A DNA stretch of 64,000 nt from NCBI GenBank assembly GCA_021513715.1, contig CP084167.1, forward strand, positions 2,272,001 through 2,336,000, read 5' to 3'. The DNA is from Candidatus Heimdallarchaeum endolithica. Its GTDB lineage: Archaea > Asgardarchaeota > Heimdallarchaeia > Heimdallarchaeales > Heimdallarchaeaceae. The notes below the pieces were generated by a model. That model made no database searches, was not told the origin of the DNA, and saw nothing but the letters and a program-made list of their open reading frames with translations. Position 1 is the stretch's first letter. Each line of letters starts with the position of its first letter. Made by a program: the position numbers and the translations under genes. Positions 50,137 to 59,707 of the stretch are shown here, piece after piece.

Positions 50137-50997
50137 ATGTTAGACAAAAAAGAGAGGAGAATTTTTCTAAAATTGCAGAAAGATGAAGCGACAGCTAACT
50201 TAATATATACAAAGATTTCTGTAAAAGAGAAGAATAGCCATAATAAAGAGATTTTAAGGAAAATAGCTGAAGAGGAAAAGAAGCATTATGAGATTCTAAA
50301 GAGTTATACAAAAACAGACGTTCATCCTAATCGTTTTACTATTTTTTTATATTCATTAATATCAATAATATTTGGGATTACATTTTTGGTTAAACTTTTG
50401 GAACGGGGTGAAGATAAAGCACAAGAAAACTATAGAGTGTTTTATGAAAAATATCCTCCTATTCTACCTATTATTGAAGATGAAGAAAATCACGAAATAG
50501 AACTAATATCTATGATTGATGAAGAACGACTAAATTATATGGGGTCAATTGTGTTGGGATTAAACGATGCTTTAGTTGAATTAACTGGAGCTCTAGCGGG
50601 ATTTACGTTTGCTATAAAAACTGGGAGTCTAATAGCTTTAACAGGGTTGATTACAGGTATCTCTGCTGCGCTTTCAATGGGTGCATCAGAATATTTGTCT
50701 AGTAAAACAGAGGGAGATATAAACGCAAAAAAGTCAGCAATTTATACTGGTTTTACTTACCTGATTACCGTTTTTCTTTTAATAATCCCATTTTTCCTTT
50801 TACAGAATCAGTTCATAAGTCTTGCAATAACATTATCTGTTGCAATATTGATTATTGCAGTGTTTAATTACTACATTTCTGTAACAAATGATGAGAAGTT
50901 TATAAAAAAATTTCTGGAAATGGCAGTAATAAGCTTAGGTGTAACACTAATCTCATTTGGAATCGGGTACCTTATTGATAAATTTATTTTAAATTAA
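50137..50997 (+). CDS. Erythrin-VIT1/CCC1 fusion iron/manganese transporter
   Basis: ExxH pairs (EEKKH, EENH), VLGLNDAL, ALSMGASEYLS. Confidence 0.9.
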   Translation: MLDKKERRIFLKLQKDEATANLIYTKISVKEKNSHNKEILRKIAEEEKKHYEILKSYTKTDVHPNRFTIFLYSLISIIFGITFLVKLLERGEDKAQENYRVFYEKYPPILPIIEDEENHEIELISMIDEERLNYMGSIVLGLNDALVELTGALAGFTFAIKTGSLIALTGLITGISAALSMGASEYLSSKTEGDINAKKSAIYTGFTYLITVFLLIIPFFLLQNQFISLAITLSVAILIIAVFNYYISVTNDEKFIKKFLEMAVISLGVTLISFGIGYLIDKFILN

Positions 50998-51009
50998 AAA
51001 AAAGAAAAA

Positions 51010-52623
51010 TCATTTTCTTTTTTTCTTTTTTACTACAATTGCAGATATTAAAATACTTAATGAAATACAAATAATGCTCGCTCCTGGCGTTTTTTGTAGT
51101 GTTGTATTATCTGTTGGTGTAGTATTGTTAACATTGTTTATTTGTAAATCAATATCTAATAGGAATTCAATTGTTGACCAAATTAAATCCTTGTTATCTC
51201 TATCTGAAAGACCAAAATCATAGTTTGACCATGTTGTTGTCCCAAAAAGTGCAAGACTTGAATCTCCATCCAATTCTACTGCGGCAAGAGGAATGCTTGT
51301 TCCACCTACGTTGTCATCTGTATTATCATAAATTATATCTGGGGCAGGAGGATTTTGATCACTTTGATAAAAGGTTTCTTCACCAAAGATTAACCAGTGT
51401 ACTGAAGAAGATTCTTCTGCAGTATACAATGAAGTTGGAGAGAAAAATTGTACTTTCTTGGTTAAATTACCAACTATTTGAGCAGCTATTGGGTCATCAT
51501 CATTAAACTCGTCTGTTTGACAGTACCACGGTTTATAGAATTCGGGATCAGCTGGTGTTGTATATATATTATCATCATTTATTCTTAATTCAGAGTTTAT
51601 TGCACCTAAAAGTTCATTTAATGTTCCTCTACTAGCATTAGAAAAATCCCCCCTGCTACTAATTAGAAGATGTCCTCCCGAGGAGTACCAATTGCTTATT
51701 GTGCTTATTTCTGTTGTGCTAAAATTTCTATAAGGAGCTGTTATAACTAGTAAATCGATATCTGATAAGCTATTCTCACTGATTTCTGCTTCATTATATA
51801 GCATCTCTACAACATCTCGATTAAGAGTATCAAAAAAACTAGTCAATGTTGATAAACTATAATCATTATCATGATATCTGTCAACTAGTATTGTAGCAAC
51901 ATTTTCCCTGATCTCAACATCTGGGGGTGTAAAATCTTCTAGTGTATATTCCCAGATTTTCAAGGTTGCTCCTATTGCTCTCCCTAACTGTTCTTCTGTT
52001 ATGGTTTTTATTGTGTTATTTGTAATTATTACATCAGTTTCACTACCTGTAGGATAAGCATTTCTTATTGCCCAATAATACTGGTGAGCATAAGTAGCAC
52101 ATTCTATGGCGAAATCTACTGGGTCATCAAAATCGTCAAAAGAATAAACTGTTACATTTAACTCGTTTAAGTGATTATTAATGTCTGTTTCATAAGCTGG
52201 ATGCCCGTCCCAATATTCGTCTGTATGAACAGGGATATTAATATCTGAAATATAATGAGAGAGAATACCTAAAAGCCAAAAAATAGTCTCCCAATCTTCA
52301 TTGTTTGTGATATTTGACCTTATCCCATAAATTGTGTTATTAATATGCCATGGAGCATTATTTTCACCAGTAATAGGATAATATAAGTGATTTTGCCAAT
52401 CTTGTAAGACTTGATCTGGATATGTACTACCAGAAACAATTTCAGGTAAATAATAAGAAAAAGCTTCTTTCCAATCATCAGAAACAACATTTGATGCTTC
52501 TCTGACAATAAACTGATGTGTTGCCAATCCCCACCCATTAACTTGAGTAGAAGTCATTTTAAACAGAATCCCACTGGAAAATACTAATAAAATAATAAAT
52601 ATTCCAAAATTCTTCTTTTTCAT
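51010..52623 (-). CDS. Secreted Zn-dependent phospholipase C / S1-P1-like domain fused to a GIFT (GldG/IFT52)-like domain, with a C-terminal anchor
   Basis: WGLATH, GSTYPD, SHYISD..P.H, H..YE; D..H...DLLVITAP...F...EI.......GG.LLI; TPG + TM + KKKKRK. Confidence 0.78.
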   Translation of the reverse strand: MKKKNFGIFIILLVFSSGILFKMTSTQVNGWGLATHQFIVREASNVVSDDWKEAFSYYLPEIVSGSTYPDQVLQDWQNHLYYPITGENNAPWHINNTIYGIRSNITNNEDWETIFWLLGILSHYISDINIPVHTDEYWDGHPAYETDINNHLNELNVTVYSFDDFDDPVDFAIECATYAHQYYWAIRNAYPTGSETDVIITNNTIKTITEEQLGRAIGATLKIWEYTLEDFTPPDVEIRENVATILVDRYHDNDYSLSTLTSFFDTLNRDVVEMLYNEAEISENSLSDIDLLVITAPYRNFSTTEISTISNWYSSGGHLLISSRGDFSNASRGTLNELLGAINSELRINDDNIYTTPADPEFYKPWYCQTDEFNDDDPIAAQIVGNLTKKVQFFSPTSLYTAEESSSVHWLIFGEETFYQSDQNPPAPDIIYDNTDDNVGGTSIPLAAVELDGDSSLALFGTTTWSNYDFGLSDRDNKDLIWSTIEFLLDIDLQINNVNNTTPTDNTTLQKTPGASIICISLSILISAIVVKKKKRK

Positions 52624-52802
52624 GTAAACAATTTACAGTTATAAACTATATCTGTTTTTCTATCTAAGGTGCTCAAATAATAAGGAACGTTCTTATTGTT
52701 TATAATAAAATGAAATTTTGAACAGTTTTATTGCTGAGACAATAAGAACTATTATAAAAGATTAAGTGAACATTTTTTCAGAAACAAATTCCGGTGAAAA
52801 AC

Positions 52803-54635
52803 ATGAGAGCAGTAATTCATTTAGAAGAAATACTTAATTTTAAGGCAGATGCAAAATCAAAGGTTATTTCCACCGAATCTTCAGGCTTGTTAAAAGTAAT
52901 TAATCCTAGCAATAGTACAACACTTTGGGGAATAAAACTTGATGCTTCAAATGAAGCTGATGTTTTGACAGAAATACAAGATACAATCCAGCACATAGAA
53001 GCAGGGACGGATTATGTTAAAGAATATAAAACTAGCTTAACTTCTCAAGTAGTAGTAACAGAAATTGTTGACACAAATTTTAATGGAGAAGAAATAAATA
53101 AACTAAACCGTGACTTAACTTTTAATGTTGATCAGAACTTAGCCTTTATGATTAAAATTGAGAATAACTATGATTTTCCAATAAAGAACATTACCGTTGA
53201 GAAATATTTTCCCCCAGATACGAAAGATCTGCGTGCTATTGAACCTTATACAGGTGAGACAACAGTGCTTGAAGATGAAAAACTAATAACATGGACTGTT
53301 CCAGAAATAAAATCTAAAGAATCAAAGGCAATTATTGTTGCATGTATAATGCATCCCAAGAACGTTCAACCTTATGTCACAGGAAAGATAGTGATAAAAT
53401 GTGAAGCAGATAATAAACTCAGTTCTTTAGTTCCATCAATTGATGGGGATTCAGATAATGTAGATCTCAGATTAAAAGCAGAAGAAACAAGTATTCCTGG
53501 GCAATGGAATGTTGATTTCGGTCTCAGGAATGCGAGTGAGTTTGAGATTTTGCTTAAACATGTAATTATAAGCGTAAACGGAGATGTAAAATACAAGGAG
53601 GAACTTAACACAGAACTTGAAGCAACAAATGAAGACTTAATCTGGAAGCAACAAATTTTAGCTGAGTCTGATCATTATCCTGAAATAACAAAGGATTTTG
53701 ATTATTATGTCTTATATGATATTACAGAACACTCTGTTATCTCCTATGAAAAAGAAAATGATCACTTAAATGTTCTTAAAGTAAATGTAAGTAAGTCATT
53801 TGAACCTAATGAAGTAGTAACTTATGCATTGACTCCATTAATTGGTATTATTGAAATTACAAACACAGGAACTTCTACAATCGGAAAAATAGAAGTAGAG
53901 GATACAATTCCACCATTTGTTGTGTTTGATGAAGTCATTGCAGAACTTGCTGATAGAAAAGTAGACGTAATTTTTGAAGAGAAAAAGAAGATTGTTCATA
54001 AACCTGTGGAGACAGAAGAGCGAGAAAAAGCAACATTTGAAATGTTAGAAGAAGGGGGAATGGAAGAAAAAGCCAAAGAAGCTGAAATACCAGTTGAACA
54101 AGAACAAGAAGATGTAACTGTCCAACGAAAATATCACTATAGAGTTAAAGAACTTAAATTAGAACCAGGGCAAAGTTTACGACTAAAACTGATTGGTGAG
54201 GTAAGGAAACCAAAATTTGATGGAAACCAAGCATCTCCAGCAGAAATAAAAGCTTTTGCAGAACAACCAACTGTTCCGTTTGTTATAGAAGCTCAAATGG
54301 ATGGCAAAGAACCATATTTGGTTGTTGCATTTAGACGACGTTCTTACGAATTAACTTCAATTTTTAAGAAGATAGGAGAAAATAATTATGAGATTGAAAT
54401 ACCAATAACTAATACTGGTGATGTGGCATTAGATAATGTTATTATTACACAACCTATATTTAATGCCGAATATGTAGGTCACACTCCTCCAACAGTAGAT
54501 GTAACAGTTGAAGGTGCGAATGTCAAGTGTCATGTAAAACAAATTAAACCAACAGAAACTACGACAATAGTATTACAAGTGAGAGCCGACGGGCCTCTAA
54601 GACAACAACAAGCTACAATTAGAATAGAAGATTAA
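52803..54635 (+). CDS. Cytoplasmic all-beta protein with an N-terminal mu-homology-domain-like region and Ig-like domains
   Basis: See finding. No signal peptide or TM; ITNTG motifs occur in the C-terminal Ig-like units. Confidence 0.6.
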   Translation: MRAVIHLEEILNFKADAKSKVISTESSGLLKVINPSNSTTLWGIKLDASNEADVLTEIQDTIQHIEAGTDYVKEYKTSLTSQVVVTEIVDTNFNGEEINKLNRDLTFNVDQNLAFMIKIENNYDFPIKNITVEKYFPPDTKDLRAIEPYTGETTVLEDEKLITWTVPEIKSKESKAIIVACIMHPKNVQPYVTGKIVIKCEADNKLSSLVPSIDGDSDNVDLRLKAEETSIPGQWNVDFGLRNASEFEILLKHVIISVNGDVKYKEELNTELEATNEDLIWKQQILAESDHYPEITKDFDYYVLYDITEHSVISYEKENDHLNVLKVNVSKSFEPNEVVTYALTPLIGIIEITNTGTSTIGKIEVEDTIPPFVVFDEVIAELADRKVDVIFEEKKKIVHKPVETEEREKATFEMLEEGGMEEKAKEAEIPVEQEQEDVTVQRKYHYRVKELKLEPGQSLRLKLIGEVRKPKFDGNQASPAEIKAFAEQPTVPFVIEAQMDGKEPYLVVAFRRRSYELTSIFKKIGENNYEIEIPITNTGDVALDNVIITQPIFNAEYVGHTPPTVDVTVEGANVKCHVKQIKPTETTTIVLQVRADGPLRQQQATIRIED

Positions 54636-54798
54636 ACTGATCCTATTTTTTATTCTTTTTTAATTTTAGTTTTTTTATAAAAAAAATCATTGTTTAGTCT
54701 AATGAATTTTTAGTTTTAGAGTAAGAAACAAGTTCTAATTCTTTATAGTGCTATTTGAGAAGGTTTTTATTGTTTAAAAGATATTAAAAACGAATACT

Positions 54799-56313
54799 AT
54801 GAAACACTATTTTGAGTTATTGGATATCTATGAAAAAATAAGACTGTTAGATTCGATAAGTGGGGTCTTATATTGGGATATGAATGTAGTTATGCCTTCA
54901 AATATAGGTGCAATAAATTACAGGTCAAAACAGTTCCAATATTTAAGTCAAGAAATACATAGACTCATTACAAAAAATAAAACTGCTGAACTGCTAGAAA
55001 AATGTGAAAAAGATAAATCGTTGGATAATTACCAAAAACGAAATATTCAACTTATTCGAAGAATGTATGAGAATAGGACTGCACTAACTTCAGAACTAGT
55101 TGGACAAATGTCAAAACAATCAAATAAAACTTTAGAAATTTGGAAAAAAGCGAAAGTGAAAAAAGATTTTTCTCTTGTTAAAGATGATCTAGAAAAATTA
55201 TTTAAGTTGAATGTCCAAGCTGCAGAACTCTATGCCACAAAAAAAGAAATTAATGACCCGTTTGATGCTCTTATTGATACAAGAGATAAAGGATTTAGTG
55301 TATCTCTTTTAAGTAAACTTTTTGATGATTCAAAATCTTACCTTATCCCTCTTCTAAAAAAGGTTAAAAACAAAAGTGAAGCAATAAGAGATGATTTTCT
55401 TAATCGTAAAGTTGCTAAAGAAATCCAAATAAGAATGGTGAATGAGTTAGCGAAGTTCTTAGAGTATGATGCTCATAGTGATAAAGCAGTTGGAAATATT
55501 GCTGAAGTAGAACATCCATTAACAATAGGTTGTGGATATAAAGATGTACGTGTGACAGTTAAGTATCTTGAAAATAATGTTTTGGCTTCTTTCTTTGCAT
55601 GTGCTCATGAATGTGGTCATGCTTTGCATGGACTGCAAGGAAGGGATGAGTGGTATAATCAACCTATTTATAGAATTTCATCTCCTAGTTTTGGAGAATC
55701 ACAATCAAGGTTTATAGAGAACATAGTTATTGGTTCAAAAGATTTCTGGGAATATTATTTTCCAAAATTAAACGAACAAACAAATGCTTTTGGTGACATT
55801 TCATTAAATACATTTTATTCTGCAATAAATAAAGTAAAACCAAGTTTAATCAGAATCCAAGCTGATGAGTTAACATATATGTTACATATAATAATTCGTT
55901 TTGAAATTGAAAGAGATTGGTTTGCCGGTAAAATTACTACAGATGAACTACCATTGGTTTGGAATCAAAAATATGCTGAATATCTAGGTGTAGAAGTGAC
56001 AGATGATGGTGTTGGAGTCATGCAAGATTTGCATTGGTATTCTCAATATTATGGTTACTTTTTTGGTTATGGTATAGGTGATCTCATCGCTGCCCAACTT
56101 TCCAACAAACTTACTAAAACAAACCCTGATTGGAAAGAATTTCTTAGAGAAGGTCATTTTAGTCCAGTTCGAGAATGGTTAGAAAAAAATGTCCATAAGA
56201 AAGGAGGATTATTTGATTGTCTGGATCTTGTTGAAGAGATAACTGGTAAAATGCTATCTACTAAATATCATCAGGAATATTTAGAGGAAAAGTATTTGCG
56301 ATTATATTCTTAA
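54799..56313 (+). CDS. Carboxypeptidase M32 (Taq-type)
   Basis: L.WD, HPL, HECGHAL, ESQSRF, IRIQADE, QDLHW. Confidence 0.93.
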   Translation: MKHYFELLDIYEKIRLLDSISGVLYWDMNVVMPSNIGAINYRSKQFQYLSQEIHRLITKNKTAELLEKCEKDKSLDNYQKRNIQLIRRMYENRTALTSELVGQMSKQSNKTLEIWKKAKVKKDFSLVKDDLEKLFKLNVQAAELYATKKEINDPFDALIDTRDKGFSVSLLSKLFDDSKSYLIPLLKKVKNKSEAIRDDFLNRKVAKEIQIRMVNELAKFLEYDAHSDKAVGNIAEVEHPLTIGCGYKDVRVTVKYLENNVLASFFACAHECGHALHGLQGRDEWYNQPIYRISSPSFGESQSRFIENIVIGSKDFWEYYFPKLNEQTNAFGDISLNTFYSAINKVKPSLIRIQADELTYMLHIIIRFEIERDWFAGKITTDELPLVWNQKYAEYLGVEVTDDGVGVMQDLHWYSQYYGYFFGYGIGDLIAAQLSNKLTKTNPDWKEFLREGHFSPVREWLEKNVHKKGGLFDCLDLVEEITGKMLSTKYHQEYLEEKYLRLYS

Positions 56314-56498
56314 TTTGCTTTTTTAATGATTTTTCTTTTTCTAAACCTTTTTTTAAAAAAAGAGAAAGAAAACTGAACTACAACAAATTTAAAATAGACG
56401 TCTAATGTTTTATTTATTTGGAGAAAACCGTGCGGTTAGTTAGCTATTTCCGCTTCCTTTCGGTAAATTGTTCTCTGGACATTGTGTAGGTGATCTGT

Positions 56499-57191
56499 AT
56501 GGTAATTGAAAAAGGAACAATGCTTAAGCTTAATTACATAGGGAAAAGAAAATCTGATAGTTATGTGTTTGATACAACATTAGAGGATGTTGCAAAGAAA
56601 GAAGGGATTTATGATGAAAAAGTGATATATAAACCCTGTCTTGTAGTAATTGGGAAGCATTGGTTGCCTATAGGGTTGGAAGAGCAATTAATTGGACTTA
56701 AAGAAGGCGATAAGAAAACTATTGAAGTAGAAGCAAAACAAGCATTTGGGCTTCACGATAGATCTAAGATTCGTCTAATTCAGAGACGCGAGTTTCAAAA
56801 GTTAGATATTAAGCCAAAAGCAGGCATGGAGGTCGAAATTACTGGACAGAAAGGTCGAATTATGAAAGTTGACTCCTCAAGAGTGAAGGTTGATTTTAAT
56901 CATCCTCTAGCAGGAGAAGATGTAATATATGAAGTGGAAATAGTAAAAATTATTACGGATGTGAAAGAGCAATTTGTTGCACTATTAGAACGAAGACTGC
57001 CTGGGATTGACTTTTCTGGAACAAAAATCGAAATAGAAGGAAAGATTCTTGTAGTTGAACTTCCTCCTCATTCAAGATTCCTTGAATATATCCAGTTCAC
57101 AAAAAATGCAGTAACGCGAGATATATCTGAATTTGTTAAGAACAAAATGGATAAAGTAAAATTTATTGAATTTTATGAGATTGATAAATAA
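56499..57191 (+). CDS. slyD: FKBP-type peptidyl-prolyl isomerase, long archaeal SlyD-like
   Basis: FDTT, GLEEQL, AFG, VDFNHPLAG; AGGTGA SD-like motif before ATG 56499. Confidence 0.9.
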   Translation: MVIEKGTMLKLNYIGKRKSDSYVFDTTLEDVAKKEGIYDEKVIYKPCLVVIGKHWLPIGLEEQLIGLKEGDKKTIEVEAKQAFGLHDRSKIRLIQRREFQKLDIKPKAGMEVEITGQKGRIMKVDSSRVKVDFNHPLAGEDVIYEVEIVKIITDVKEQFVALLERRLPGIDFSGTKIEIEGKILVVELPPHSRFLEYIQFTKNAVTRDISEFVKNKMDKVKFIEFYEIDK

Positions 57192-57204
57192 GATAGTTAT
57201 TTTA

Positions 57205-57648
57205 CTATTCTTGCTTATCTACTTCCACTTCAACAAGATCATAGTCTAATGGACAATCAACCTTCTTGAATTCTTTTTTTATCTTGACTTTTCTAAACCC
57301 TTGATCAAAATTTCTAATACATTTTTCATAGTTTTCACAGAAAATTTCGTCACATTCTATAGGTTCTATTGTTATAGTTAGCCCTTCCATTACAGGAAGG
57401 TTCTTTTCTTTTTTGATTATTATAACCGGACTTATCTCTTCAACTTTACAAACCATCATCTTTGTTTCATCAATAGGACAAACATGCTCTTTCTTCTTTA
57501 TTTCAACCACTTTGTAATTTTTACCTTTCACTAAAGAATCAATACAAACAGATCTTAGTTTGCATTGATCACATTCTGGTAACTCTCCTATATGAGAAAA
57601 AACGTAACCAAGGTTTGCAACGCTTTTTGGGACAAGTGTAATTTTCAT
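57205..57648 (-). CDS. UPF0179 family protein
   Basis: ITLV...A..G..F...G...EC..C.LR.VC and H.CP pattern. Confidence 0.82.
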   Translation of the reverse strand: MKITLVPKSVANLGYVFSHIGELPECDQCKLRSVCIDSLVKGKNYKVVEIKKKEHVCPIDETKMMVCKVEEISPVIIIKKEKNLPVMEGLTITIEPIECDEIFCENYEKCIRNFDQGFRKVKIKKEFKKVDCPLDYDLVEVEVDKQE

Positions 57649-57792
57649 TATGTCTGTAAAAATAATGTTGAGTTTTTTAACTTTGTTTTGGTGTAGATTA
57701 TCAAAAAGAAAAAATGTCAGTTATCCACTATTAAGAAAAAGAGGTTTTAAACATTCTCACAACGTTTTTATGAGTTTATATGTTTTAATAAG

Positions 57793-57847
57793 CTATCAAG
57801 GGTTATCGATAGTGATAGAGTACTATCATAACTATCATTGATATCAT
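57793..57847. promoter_or_regulatory. Phased TATCA/TGATA array in a divergent intergenic region; candidate operator
   Basis: Six TATC(A/G)/TGATA units about 9-11 bp apart, including the palindrome TGATAG-AGTA-CTATCA. Confidence 0.45.
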
Positions 57848-57960
57848 TTTGGATTAAAAGCTTCTTTGTGTAAAAGAGTGAAATTTGTTTATGTCAAAGA
57901 ATATAAATACATATCTTACTCCTTTCTTCTGAAATTAACAAGTTAACTTTGTGTATTCCA

Positions 57961-58458
57961 ATGAAACTGAAGAAAAGAAATTTCCTATCAAATAAAGAAA
58001 AAAAGAAATTGTATGATGAGCTATCTTCCACTTTTGGTGATAAAGCTCTTCAATTATTTAATAAAAATGATAAACTTGAATCTGCTGTTTCTGACAAAGG
58101 AGAAAAATTGATATTAAAAGAGGGAAGGATCTGGTTTTTTTATTACAATAATAATTTATATCCAACAATAAGATGTTTAAGGGGAACAAAAATTGATATC
58201 TCTTCAGCCGTTGTAGACATTGGAGCTATTAAATTTATTCTAAATGGTGCAGATGTTATGGCTCCAGGGGTTGTTTCTTTTGGAAGTGGGATAAAGGAAG
58301 GCGATTTTATTACAATTAAAGAAGAAAAAGCTAAAAGTATTATAGCTGTTGGGTTATCATTAATCAATTCAGAAGATTTTGATAAAGGAAAAAAAGGAAA
58401 GATAATAAAAAATCTTCATTCACTGAAAGATGAGTACTGGAACTTCCAAATAAAGTGA
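57961..58458 (+). CDS. PUA-domain RNA-binding protein (MCT-1/Tma20-like)
   Basis: VDIGAIKFILNGADVMAPG and HSLKD motifs. Confidence 0.88.
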   Translation: MKLKKRNFLSNKEKKKLYDELSSTFGDKALQLFNKNDKLESAVSDKGEKLILKEGRIWFFYYNNNLYPTIRCLRGTKIDISSAVVDIGAIKFILNGADVMAPGVVSFGSGIKEGDFITIKEEKAKSIIAVGLSLINSEDFDKGKKGKIIKNLHSLKDEYWNFQIK

Positions 58459-58533
58459 AACACCTTTTTTATTCTCTGCAATCTGAAATCGGAATGAAAA
58501 CTATTATAAATTTAATGAATAATTGATTCTCTA

Positions 58534-59604
58534 ATGACCAATGTAATAAATGAGTTTAAACATGTTGAAATGCCTCAACTCTTATCACTTGGAAAAAATA
58601 TGATTAGTGAACTACCTCAAATTTTGGAAACACTAAAAATTGGGAAAAACTGTGTTTTAATCACTGATAAATTTCTAGAAGACAAGTTCGCTAGACAAGC
58701 AAAAGAAATCCTTGAAATTAGTGGTGTACATGTAACTCTATCTACAATTGATGACAGCACTTTAGCAGAAGTTGACAAACAACTTACTATTATCGATGAA
58801 ACAAAATCAGAATTTGTTATCGGAATGGGTGGAGGAAAACCAATAGATATTGCAAAATTGTCTTCATTTAAACTAGGGTTAAGATTTATTTCTGTTCCTA
58901 CTATCGCTAGTCACGATGGTATTGCAAGTTCTAGAGCTTCTCTAAAAGGTGTTAATGAAAGGCATTCTATAGCTGCAAGACCTCCAATAGCAGTAGTGGC
59001 AGATACAGAGATACTAGATAAGTCGCCTTATCGCTTTACTGCTGCTGGTTGTGGAGATATTTTAGCTAAAAAAACTGCAATAAAAGACTGGTTGCTCGCC
59101 TATCGCCTAAAATATGAACCAATTTCTCCAACAGCTATTTCTCTTTCAGAAATGACAGTACATTCAATCACTGAAAATGCAAGTATTATAAGGAGTAAAG
59201 CGGAAGGATATAGTCGTATCGTAATAAATGCTCTTTTAAGCAGCTCTCTTGCTATGTGCGTGGCAGGATCTTCAAGACCTGGAAGTGGTTCTGAGCATAT
59301 GTTTAGTCACGCACTTGATGAAATAGCAGAAAAACCAGCTCTACATGGCGAACAAACAGCACTAGGCTCAATAATAATGTCGTATCTTCACGAAGGAGAA
59401 AAAGGTTCCCAAAAACAAATAGATACAATGAAAATTATAGGATTACCGGTGACTGCAAAGGAATTAGGACTAAAGGATGAAGAAGTAATAAAAGCTCTAG
59501 AGATCGCTCACAAGATTAGACAGAGGTTTACAATTTTAGGTTCAGATGGTTTAACGCATGAAGCAGCAATTAATGCAGCTCTAAAAACAGGTGTTATTAG
59601 ATAA
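58534..59604 (+). CDS. egsA: sn-glycerol-1-phosphate dehydrogenase
   Basis: GGGKPID.AK, SVPTIASHDG, DW.LA, SSRPGSGSEH.FSH, LHGEQ. Confidence 0.95.
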   Translation: MTNVINEFKHVEMPQLLSLGKNMISELPQILETLKIGKNCVLITDKFLEDKFARQAKEILEISGVHVTLSTIDDSTLAEVDKQLTIIDETKSEFVIGMGGGKPIDIAKLSSFKLGLRFISVPTIASHDGIASSRASLKGVNERHSIAARPPIAVVADTEILDKSPYRFTAAGCGDILAKKTAIKDWLLAYRLKYEPISPTAISLSEMTVHSITENASIIRSKAEGYSRIVINALLSSSLAMCVAGSSRPGSGSEHMFSHALDEIAEKPALHGEQTALGSIIMSYLHEGEKGSQKQIDTMKIIGLPVTAKELGLKDEEVIKALEIAHKIRQRFTILGSDGLTHEAAINAALKTGVIR

Positions 59605-59707
59605 CTAAATTGTGTACGGTTTGAAAAATAAATTGACTAATAAGTAATAGGCTAAAGATAACTTTAGTATGTTAATTGGTTTTTTTGAAATTTTCAAGTA
59701 GGTTTTA

